Shown piece after piece: positions 27,274-35,312 of a DNA stretch of 64,000 nt (positions are counted from its first letter, which is position 1; each line of letters opens with the position of its first letter). The notes under the pieces are model-generated. The model was given only the letters and a program-made list of their open reading frames with translations, had not been told where the DNA came from and ran no database searches. The stretch is taken from the NCBI GenBank assembly GCA_001314545.1, contig LIHN01000017.1, positions 15,904 through 79,903 of the forward strand, given 5' to 3'. Source of the DNA: Bacteroidetes bacterium HLUCCA01 (GTDB taxonomy: Bacteria; Bacteroidota; Rhodothermia; Balneolales; HLUCCA01). The position numbers and the translations under genes are program-made.

Positions 27274-28241
27274 AGTTACACGAAGATCCCAAGCTTTTTC
27301 GTGAAGCTTTACGAGCGACATCAGACTATATGAATCTCAGAGAGGTTTATTTAGAGAAAGACTACTGGGTAACATATGTGTTAAAATTGATTTACGCAGA
27401 AAAAATAGGGCAGGATGTTGTATTCAAAGGAGGAACGGCACTTTCAAAATGCTATGGTATTATCCCTCGATTTTCTGAAGATATAGATCTGGTTGTGTAC
27501 CGACGCGATGGTGAATCAGATACTGCATTAAAAAATAAATTGAAAAGGATCAGTTCACTGATTGATTCAGTACTCCCTGAGATGTCGATCGATGGGATTA
27601 CTAGAAAATTCGGCATGAATCGAAAAACAGCGCATGGTTACTCGAAAGCAGTTACAGGTAAATATGGACAAGTTCGTGATTTTATCGTTGTTGAATCAAG
27701 CTGGATGGGCTTTCCAGAGCCCAATGTAAAGCATGAAGTGTCTTCATACATACACGACATGATGATTGCACAAAATCTGATTAAAATGATTGAAATGTAT
27801 GACCTGAAACCTTTCGCAGTGCAAGTTTTGTCTTTAGAAAGAACATTTTGTGAGAAAATCATGAGCCTGGTTCGTTTTTCGTACAGTAATTACCCATTGC
27901 TAAATCTAGCGAATAAAATAAGACATACTTATGATCTTCATTTGATGCTGAAAAAAGACAGTATCAACGATTTTCTTAGGTCAGAAAAATTTGATGCGTT
28001 ACTTATAAGCGTTGCACAAGATGATAAAGCTAGTTTCAAGAGCGGAACGGAATGGCTATCTAATCATCCTGCAGAAGCATTACTATTCCGTGATTTAGAA
28101 ACTGCGTGGAAAGAGCTTATTCCTGCCTATAGCATTGATTTTCGAGCAATAGTGTATGGAGAGTTTCCGGATCAACAAGAGGTTTATAACTCGCTGAGGG
28201 ATATACAAGCTAGACTCAAAAGAATTCACTGGGAACTGTAG
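27270..28241 (+). CDS. AbiEii/AbiGii-family nucleotidyltransferase toxin (DUF1814)
   Basis: MKLHEDPKLFREALRATSDYMNLREVYLEKDYWVTYVLKLIY..VVFKGGTALSKCYGIIPRFSEDIDLVV is the hallmark N-terminus of DUF1814 toxins. An ATGA overlap at 27270-27273 joins it to the antitoxin gene. Confidence 0.85.
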   Translation: MKLHEDPKLFREALRATSDYMNLREVYLEKDYWVTYVLKLIYAEKIGQDVVFKGGTALSKCYGIIPRFSEDIDLVVYRRDGESDTALKNKLKRISSLIDSVLPEMSIDGITRKFGMNRKTAHGYSKAVTGKYGQVRDFIVVESSWMGFPEPNVKHEVSSYIHDMMIAQNLIKMIEMYDLKPFAVQVLSLERTFCEKIMSLVRFSYSNYPLLNLANKIRHTYDLHLMLKKDSINDFLRSEKFDALLISVAQDDKASFKSGTEWLSNHPAEALLFRDLETAWKELIPAYSIDFRAIVYGEFPDQQEVYNSLRDIQARLKRIHWEL

Positions 28242-28550
28242 CTACTACGGACTCAATGTAACGTAACATTGATAGAACGGATTTCATTTGTGAGGGGTGG
28301 TCAAGAGGGCGCAAGCTCCTCTAATATTCTAACAGTGATAAAGTTGAGAATTCGTTTTTTTCACCTCCTCCCACAAAATAGAATCCGCTAAAGCTGGGAT
28401 GAGCTGCCTGTCCAGCTCCCAACATTTGACACAAGCATACACCACCCGAATTCTGTAACTTAATGTCGTTCAACACAGGTCACGGTCTCAATTGCATGAG
28501 CAAAAGGTGGCTCCAAAGCATGCTCACCGCCCAAACACCTCCGGCACACT

Positions 28551-29774
28551 ATGAAACCAACAGAACGACAACAATTCACGCAGATTCGCGAGCAGTTTTT
28601 CACGGGAAGAGCCATTTTCCTGCTCGGACCGCGCGACGGGGGCAAACAGGCATTTCTGAATGCCCTGCTGCAGGAGGTGTCGCAGCGTGCGGAGTTATCT
28701 GCCGATAACGTGTTGATGCTCAACGGCGAGGACCCCGACCAGCGATCCCGCGCCCGGTCGTTGTCGGCAAAAAAACTTCTCGAACAACGTCCGTTGTTAA
28801 AGGTTCTTTGCTTTCTGGAGGTGCAGCGCTTCCCGGAAATCGACACGTTGACACGGGAAATACTCGCCGCACATCCCGACCTCCAGCTGCTATTTTTGTC
28901 CTCATCGCGAAACGACACCGTAGTGCGACTGCAGGAGGCGTGCGCTGGTCGAAGGGCAACGTTTCATGTGCTGCCTCCGGCCATGGCCGAGCATCCATCC
29001 GACCTGAATCAAAGCATGGTGCACGGTCGATATCCCTCGGCGCTTGAAGATCCGGCATCCGCCAGCCTGCACCTGCAGCAAATCCTGCGACAAACCATTC
29101 AAAAAGAGGTGCTGCATTCCGGCGAGATTCGCAAGCCGGATGTCCTCGATGACCTGCTCGTGCTATTGGCGCGAAATCTGGGCAATGAACTCATCATACG
29201 GGACCTTTTCCTGGCACTCGACCTCGATCCGAAAACCATCCTTCGGTATATCGGACTGCTTGAGAAGGCATTTCTGGTGTTTCGTGTTCCCTCCTACTTT
29301 GGATTTCTGGAGAATGAAGTCACGGCTTCGCGGAAGCTCTATTTTTATGACAATGGCATCCGAAACGCCATTTTGGGTGCGTATCAGCCGGTGACGGTGC
29401 GACCTGACGCCCCGGCGTTATGGGAGAATTTCCTGGTGAGCGAGCGGCTCAAACAGCTGAATGCGCGGCGCGAGCGTGTGGGCGTGCATTACTGGCGAAG
29501 CACACAGCGACAGGAAGTCAGTTATCTGGAGAAGCGCGAGGAAGGGATTTCAGCATGGCAATTTAACTGGCAGGGCAAAAAACCGGTGCGTTTCCCGAAA
29601 ACGTTCACGAAAAACTACGGACCGGTAGCGCAAGAGGAGGTCCGCCCCGATAATTTCCACGACTTTTTAGGGATTGTGCCGATGGAGCGTGTGGCTGTGC
29701 CCGCCGGCGAAGCCATGACAACCAGCATGTTCCGCAACGTACTGGCCGACCTCCGCAAGAAGCCCGGCAAATGA
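28551..29774 (+). CDS. AAA_14/DUF4143-family ATPase homologue with degenerate Walker A and B
   Basis: 407 aa with the DUF4143-type C-terminal region (KLYFYDNGIRNAILG). The Walker A position reads LLGPRDGGKQAF (Q where T/S is expected). The Walker B position reads VLCFLEVQRFPE (LE where DE is expected). Confidence 0.7.
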   Translation: MKPTERQQFTQIREQFFTGRAIFLLGPRDGGKQAFLNALLQEVSQRAELSADNVLMLNGEDPDQRSRARSLSAKKLLEQRPLLKVLCFLEVQRFPEIDTLTREILAAHPDLQLLFLSSSRNDTVVRLQEACAGRRATFHVLPPAMAEHPSDLNQSMVHGRYPSALEDPASASLHLQQILRQTIQKEVLHSGEIRKPDVLDDLLVLLARNLGNELIIRDLFLALDLDPKTILRYIGLLEKAFLVFRVPSYFGFLENEVTASRKLYFYDNGIRNAILGAYQPVTVRPDAPALWENFLVSERLKQLNARRERVGVHYWRSTQRQEVSYLEKREEGISAWQFNWQGKKPVRFPKTFTKNYGPVAQEEVRPDNFHDFLGIVPMERVAVPAGEAMTTSMFRNVLADLRKKPGK

Positions 29775-29780
29775 GAAAAC

Positions 29781-30860
29781 ATGTCCAAACCCAACATATT
29801 AATTATTGGCGCAGGCCTGTCGGGTCTGGTTACCGCCTTTGAACTTGCAAAAAAAGGCGTGAAGGCCGTCATCCTCGAAGCGCGACCTGAACCGGGCGGA
29901 CGAATCAGGACCCTGCGACCAGCGCCGAATGCCTCCATCGAAATGGGGGCTACCTGGCTGGGTAACCAACATCGAAACCTCATCCAGCTGCTTCGCGAGC
30001 TGCATATCAACATCACCGAGCAGCACATGGGTCGGAAGGCGTTTTACGAACCGATGTCGGTGTCGCCGCCGCAGCTGGTCGACCTCCCTCCGAACCCGGA
30101 CCCCAGTTACCGCATTTCCGGGGGCACTGACCAGGTTATCAACGCGCTTGTAAACCGGTTGAGCCCCGAACAGCTGCACGTGAATCAGGTTGTAACGGCC
30201 ATTTCGCAGTCCCATGACGGATTTCAGGTTGAAACAACCTCCGCCACGTTTGAGGCCGACGTTGTGATCAGCACCCTTCCGCCAAAACTGCTGGTCGATT
30301 CCATTGCGTTTAGTCCAGCCCTGCCCGACGAATTCCTTTCCATTGCATCCCAAACCCACACCTGGATGGGAGAGTCGATCAAAGTGGCGGTGCGTTTCGA
30401 TGAACCCTTCTGGCGGCAACCCGACTCCAGCGGGACGATTTTCAGTAATGTGGGCCCGGTCACCGAGATGTACGACCATTCCAGTGATGCAGGGTATGCG
30501 CTGATGGGTTTCATGAACAGCGCTTATCACGCGGTTTCACAAGAAGAACGCAAGGGGCTCGTACTACAACAGCTTCGCCGAATATACGGTCCCAAAGTTG
30601 ATGAATATCGTGCGTATCACGATGTTGCCTGGAGTAAGGAGTCGTTCACGTACCGGACGTATCGTCAGCCGGTAATTCCGCATCAACATAACGGTCACCC
30701 GATTTTTCAACAGCCCCTGTTTGGCGGGAAGTTCATCTTGTCGGGCTCTGAAACCGCACGAATGCATCCCGGTTATATGGATGGTGCCGTTGACAGCGCC
30801 CGTAGGGCGGCGGATGGGGCGTTGGCCGTTCTTCGCGGAAAAAACGGGGAATATGAGTAG
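29781..30860 (+). CDS. Flavin-containing amine oxidase family NAD(P)/FAD-dependent oxidoreductase
   Basis: 359 aa with ILIIGAGLSGLVTAFELAKKGVKAVILEARPEPGGRI (GxGxxG + EAR..GGR) and C-terminal GSETA..GYMDGAVDSARRAA. Confidence 0.75.
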   Translation: MSKPNILIIGAGLSGLVTAFELAKKGVKAVILEARPEPGGRIRTLRPAPNASIEMGATWLGNQHRNLIQLLRELHINITEQHMGRKAFYEPMSVSPPQLVDLPPNPDPSYRISGGTDQVINALVNRLSPEQLHVNQVVTAISQSHDGFQVETTSATFEADVVISTLPPKLLVDSIAFSPALPDEFLSIASQTHTWMGESIKVAVRFDEPFWRQPDSSGTIFSNVGPVTEMYDHSSDAGYALMGFMNSAYHAVSQEERKGLVLQQLRRIYGPKVDEYRAYHDVAWSKESFTYRTYRQPVIPHQHNGHPIFQQPLFGGKFILSGSETARMHPGYMDGAVDSARRAADGALAVLRGKNGEYE

Positions 30861-30963
30861 AAACGGGGAGTATAAGTAGAAACGAGAAGCATGAGTATAA
30901 ACGAGGAATATGAGTAGAAATTGGGAATAAGAGTAGCCCGCGGGAAACCTGAGTAAAAACGGG
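30845..30963. repeat. 19-20-nt tandem repeat, six units (core GAGTAgAAAC)
   Basis: (G/A)AGTA cores sit at 30855, 30874, 30893, 30912, 30931 and 30951, giving periods of 19,19,19,19,20. The first unit contains the TAG stop (30858-30860) of the amine-oxidase gene. Confidence 0.8.
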
Positions 30964-31046
30964 CTCATCAAAGCATGAAGGGCTTTAAGGCCTGTCGCCC
31001 CTATCTCTTCTGTTATCCATAGCCGATAAACCTTTGAAACGACCAC

Positions 31047-31065
31047 CCTGAAAATAAATTTCAGG
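31047..31065. promoter_or_regulatory. Perfect 7-5-7 palindrome upstream of the sugar-porter gene (candidate operator)
   Basis: cctgaaa-ataaa-tttcagg lies 69 nt upstream of ATG 31134. Confidence 0.25.
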
Positions 31066-31133
31066 ATTTTTCATTTCTACTTTGTGGTGATTACATTGCC
31101 GTGACCTTCCCAATCCGATGAGAAACCACCGCT

Positions 31134-32702
31134 ATGAAAGCCACCAATACGCAGTCCGTCAGAATCGCCTCCATCATAGCCCTTGGGGGCTTTCTCATGG
31201 GGTTCGATGCATCGGTAATCTCGGGTGTAGTCCGGTTTATTGAACCGGAATTCGGCCTGACCAAACTGCAGCTGGGCTGGGCGGTAGGCTCGCTCACCCT
31301 TACCTCAACGCTGGCCATGCTCTTTGCCGGTCGGCTTAGCGACCATTTCGGCCGCAGAAACGTCCTGAAGGTCGCGGCCGCACTCTACGCTGTCTCTGCG
31401 TTGCTCTCGGCCATCGCCCCTACGTTTACCACGCTGGTCCTCGCCCGCATGATCGGCGGACTGGGTGTGGGCGCCTCGCTCATCATCGCTCCCATGTACA
31501 TCGCTGAAATCGCCCCGCCCCGACTGCGCGGTCGACTGGTGAGCATCAATCAGCTGAACATCGTCATCGGCATATCAGTCGCGTTTTTCAGTAATTATTT
31601 CTTGCTGCAATGGGCCCGGCTTGACACCCCCCTCGTGCAGCTGCTCCTGATAGATACGCATACCTGGCGGTGGATGCTGGGTGTAGAAGCCCTGCCGGCC
31701 ATCCTTTACTTTGTAGGCTTGTATTTCGTGCCGATGAGCCCGCGCTGGCAGATCATGAAAGGGCAGCGCGAGGAAGCCCTGCAGACGCTGGGTGCATTGG
31801 TTGGCCCGGAGGAGGCACAAAAACAGCTTGCTGCTGTAGTGCAGTCGCTCCAGAAGAACCAAAACCGGGAAAAAGTCCGCCCGCGCGACTTGCTGCATCC
31901 CTATCTGCGTTATGTGCTGGTGGTAGGTGTTGTACTGGCTATTTTACAGCAGATCACCGGTATTAACGCGGTGTTTTTCTATGCGCCTATCATCTTTGAA
32001 CAGTCCGGCATCGGTACGGATGCGGCGTTCATGCAGGCGGTGCTTGTTGGACTTATCAACCTGGTATTCACCGTTGCAGCCATGCTGCTTATTGATCGTG
32101 TAGGTCGCAAACCCTTGCTGCTCATTGGAATGACGGGTATTGCCATTACCATGTCGCTGCTGTCGTGGGGATTTGGTGCGGCTACGTATCAGCTGGATGC
32201 CCAGGGAATCGACGCGCTGGAGTTGTCGGTTGATGTCGCGCCGCTTTATGCACTCACCGATGTTGCCTATGCCTCAGACATTGAGTTCAAGCGGGCGATG
32301 GCCGGTGCGCTGGGCGCCGAAGCTGCTGCCGCCAACGAGTCGGCACTCATCCAGGCCGCCATCGATATTAATCCCCGGTTGATACTGTTTGCCATTCTCG
32401 GTTTCGTGGCTTCGTTTGCCATCTCCATCGGACCGGTCATGTGGGTCATGTTCTCGGAGCTGTTTCCGCTGCGAACCCGCGGTCTGGCTATATCCTTTGC
32501 CGGATTTGTGAACTCGCTGGTCAGTTTTCTGGTCCAGCTGGTTTTTCCCTGGGAGCTGGCCGCCATCGGCACCAGTCTCACCTTTTTGTTGTACGGCCTT
32601 TTTGCGGCTGTAGGACTCATTTTCGTGTGGAAGATGGTCCCCGAAACCAAGAATAAATCGCTCGAAGAACTGGAAGCTCAACTTATAAAAAAATCATCAT
32701 GA
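31134..32702 (+). CDS. MFS sugar porter (sugar:H+ symporter family)
   Basis: 522 aa with GRLSDHFGRRNVL, IAEIAPPRLRGRL, PMSPRW (PESPRW-like) and PETKNKSLEELE. There is an extended central/extracellular insert. Confidence 0.85.
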   Translation: MKATNTQSVRIASIIALGGFLMGFDASVISGVVRFIEPEFGLTKLQLGWAVGSLTLTSTLAMLFAGRLSDHFGRRNVLKVAAALYAVSALLSAIAPTFTTLVLARMIGGLGVGASLIIAPMYIAEIAPPRLRGRLVSINQLNIVIGISVAFFSNYFLLQWARLDTPLVQLLLIDTHTWRWMLGVEALPAILYFVGLYFVPMSPRWQIMKGQREEALQTLGALVGPEEAQKQLAAVVQSLQKNQNREKVRPRDLLHPYLRYVLVVGVVLAILQQITGINAVFFYAPIIFEQSGIGTDAAFMQAVLVGLINLVFTVAAMLLIDRVGRKPLLLIGMTGIAITMSLLSWGFGAATYQLDAQGIDALELSVDVAPLYALTDVAYASDIEFKRAMAGALGAEAAAANESALIQAAIDINPRLILFAILGFVASFAISIGPVMWVMFSELFPLRTRGLAISFAGFVNSLVSFLVQLVFPWELAAIGTSLTFLLYGLFAAVGLIFVWKMVPETKNKSLEELEAQLIKKSS

Positions 32703-35083
32703 AGAACGTTGCTGCACGAATTTTAGGGATTGTTGTACTCACCGTAGGGTTTTCGGGTCCGTTGCCTGCACAGGATGCTTCGGACTCCCCGCTTGTCCCT
32801 GCCTCAACGCTATCCCAGACACCTGGATTGCAGGGGGAAACCGGCCGTACGGATACGCAGAGGCCGCTCCACGCACAGGAAACACCCCGCTATCTGGATC
32901 CATCCGCTCCGGTGGATGAGCGCATTGAAGACCTCCTCGGCCGCATGACCATCGAAGAGAAAATCGGCCAGATGAATCAACTGGATTTTTCCCTGGTCAA
33001 TGCCGACGGGCAGCCCATCATCAATCTGGATGAGGACAAGGTGCGGAATCTGGTGCAAAACTACCATGTGGGGTCGTTCATCAACGGCGGTGCGGTGCCG
33101 CCGGCTCAATGGTTTGCCTTCATGGACCGGCTGACCCGTGTTGCGATGGAGGAGAGTCGACTCGGCATTCCCATCATTTTTGGCATCGATCATGTGCACG
33201 GAGCCAGTTACATGGCCGAGTCTACCATTTTCCCGCACGCCATCAACCTGGGCGCAACCTTTGACACCCTGCACACCTACCACACCGGCTGGGTTACGGC
33301 CCTGGAAATGGCCGATGTGGGCCACCACTGGAACTTTGCACCCACGCTGGACCTCGGCGTGAACCCCATCTGGCCCCGACTCTATGAAACTTTCGGCGAA
33401 GACCCGCACCTGGCTTCGCGCATGGGGAGCTCCTACCTGTATGGCTTTAAAAATAATGAGGAGATCTACCCGTACCAGCTGGCCTCCAACGCGAAGCATT
33501 TCATCGGGTACTCCAATACCGTTTCGGGGTGGGACAAAACCCGCGTGCAGATGGGCATGCAGGATTTGTATGAGCTGCATGTGCCGGCATTTCAGGCGGC
33601 CTTCGACGCGGGACTAAAAACGATTATGATCAGCAGTTCGGAGTTCAACGGGATACCAACGCACGCATCGTACCCTATCCTCACCGAGTTGCTGCGTGAG
33701 CAGCTGGGTTTTGAGGGAGTCATCCTGACTGACTGGGACGAGGTGGGTAAGCTGGTCGATTTCCATAAGACGGCGGTGGATTACACCGAGGCGACCTACA
33801 TGGCTGTTGCGGCCGGCATTGACATCAGCATGACGCCGCTGACCCTTAATTTTTATGATTCCCTGCTGGAGCTGTATGAGTCGGGTCGGGTGAGCGAGGA
33901 ACGCATTGACGACTCGGTGCGGCGGATTTTGCGGCTCAAGTTTGAAATGGGCCTGTTTGAGCATCCGTTCCCGCGAAACGACCGCCTGCACCGGATTGGC
34001 AGTGAGGAGAGTCGGCTGCGCGCGTTGGAGGCGGCCCGGGCGTCGATGGTACTGCTGAAAAATGAAGACGGGGTCTTGCCGTTGCAGAACCCATCGCGCA
34101 TTGTTTTGGCCGGTCCCTCGGCCACCAGCAAGCGGAATCTGGCCGGTGGCTGGACCCTGGCCTGGCAGGGTGGCACCGAGGATCAGTATCCGGAACGTAT
34201 GCACACCATCTATACCGCCCTGCAGCGGGAGTTCCCTGATGCCCGCATCGATCTGATTGAACAGGTGGACGGCGCTTCTTCCGGGCAGGTGCGTTTGCTG
34301 GAGTCGGCCGATGTGATTATTTACGCCGGTGGCGAGGAACCCTACTCCGAGTTTCTGGGCAACATCACGGATTTGAACCTGCCGGCCGCGCAGAAAGACG
34401 AGCTGCGGGCGCTGGCTGCGTATGAGGCACCGCTGGTGGCGGTCATGGTGCAGGGTCGACCTCGTGTAATTACCGATGTGCTGGACGGGATGGATGCGTT
34501 GATTCACGCCGGTCTGCCCGGGTTCGAGGGCGCCGAAGCCATTGCGAATGTGCTCAGCGGGACGGTTAATCCCGGCGGTCGGCTGCCGTTTTCCTGGCCG
34601 GCCTTTACCGGACACCATCTCAATTACAATTATCGTCCCAGTGATCTGTACTTCTACCATCCCGACAGTCAGAATCACCTGGAGGAGCCGAATCCCAATA
34701 CCATGCTGTTCTGGTTCGGCGAGGGGCTCAGTTACACCACCTTCACCTACAGCGACCTGACGGTGGATGCAGACTCCATAGGCATGGATGGTCGGATCCG
34801 CGCTTCGGTTACCGTGACCAACAGCGGCGAGCGTGCCGGTCAGGAGGCTGTGCTCTGGTTTCTGACCGATGAGACGGGCACCATCGCCCGACCGGTTCGC
34901 GAGTTGAAGCATTTTCAGAAGGTGTTTCTGGAGCCGGGCGCCTCGCAAAGGGTTCATTTTGACATTCTGCCGGAGGCGTCGCTCTGGTACCCGGATGTGG
35001 ACGGGAATCGGGTGTATGAGTCGGGCTATTTTCGGGTGCGCATCGGTGGCGACTACCGGCGGTTCTGGTTTGCCGGGCAGTAG
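32699..35083 (+). CDS. Glycoside hydrolase family 3 beta-glucosidase (BglX-like) with C-terminal Fn3-like domain
   Basis: 794 aa with a signal peptide, EEKIGQMNQL, KHFIGYS and GVILTDWDEV (nucleophile Asp region). The C-terminal part has VKELKHFQKVFLEPG. An ATGA overlap joins it to the transporter gene. Confidence 0.85.
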   Translation: MKNVAARILGIVVLTVGFSGPLPAQDASDSPLVPASTLSQTPGLQGETGRTDTQRPLHAQETPRYLDPSAPVDERIEDLLGRMTIEEKIGQMNQLDFSLVNADGQPIINLDEDKVRNLVQNYHVGSFINGGAVPPAQWFAFMDRLTRVAMEESRLGIPIIFGIDHVHGASYMAESTIFPHAINLGATFDTLHTYHTGWVTALEMADVGHHWNFAPTLDLGVNPIWPRLYETFGEDPHLASRMGSSYLYGFKNNEEIYPYQLASNAKHFIGYSNTVSGWDKTRVQMGMQDLYELHVPAFQAAFDAGLKTIMISSSEFNGIPTHASYPILTELLREQLGFEGVILTDWDEVGKLVDFHKTAVDYTEATYMAVAAGIDISMTPLTLNFYDSLLELYESGRVSEERIDDSVRRILRLKFEMGLFEHPFPRNDRLHRIGSEESRLRALEAARASMVLLKNEDGVLPLQNPSRIVLAGPSATSKRNLAGGWTLAWQGGTEDQYPERMHTIYTALQREFPDARIDLIEQVDGASSGQVRLLESADVIIYAGGEEPYSEFLGNITDLNLPAAQKDELRALAAYEAPLVAVMVQGRPRVITDVLDGMDALIHAGLPGFEGAEAIANVLSGTVNPGGRLPFSWPAFTGHHLNYNYRPSDLYFYHPDSQNHLEEPNPNTMLFWFGEGLSYTTFTYSDLTVDADSIGMDGRIRASVTVTNSGERAGQEAVLWFLTDETGTIARPVRELKHFQKVFLEPGASQRVHFDILPEASLWYPDVDGNRVYESGYFRVRIGGDYRRFWFAGQ

Positions 35084-35092
35084 GGAAACCCC

Positions 35093-35149
35093 ATGTAAGC
35101 GCATACACCGCAATGTAAGCGGCTTACGCTTCACTTTCATGGCTTACAT
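35093..35149. promoter_or_regulatory. Nested ATGTAAGC / GCTTACAT inverted repeats (candidate operator or RNA hairpin)
   Basis: atgtaagcg 35093-35101; 13-nt palindrome gtaagcGgcttac 35115-35127; gcttacat 35142-35149. Confidence 0.25.
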
Positions 35150-35312
35150 AACCGGTTTTTATAGAGCATCTCCCCGAACCTTGGTATATTGGGTGCTGGT
35201 ATAAATGCACAAAAAACAGCCATTCAAGGCAGCTTGAGCGCCTGAAATCAACAGCGGTCTACCGAAAGCCAGCTGCGTTCGGATTCCGCCACACCCCCCC
35301 CCAATTTCGAGG

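Noticed and set aside
30564-31046. 160-aa minus-strand ORF with a repetitive YS..FLLIF sequence
   Set aside because: It is a translation artefact of the 19-nt tandem repeat and overlaps the 3' end of the amine-oxidase gene.
33614-35140. 508-aa minus-strand ORF
   Set aside because: It is antisense to the GH3 beta-glucosidase gene and has no motifs.
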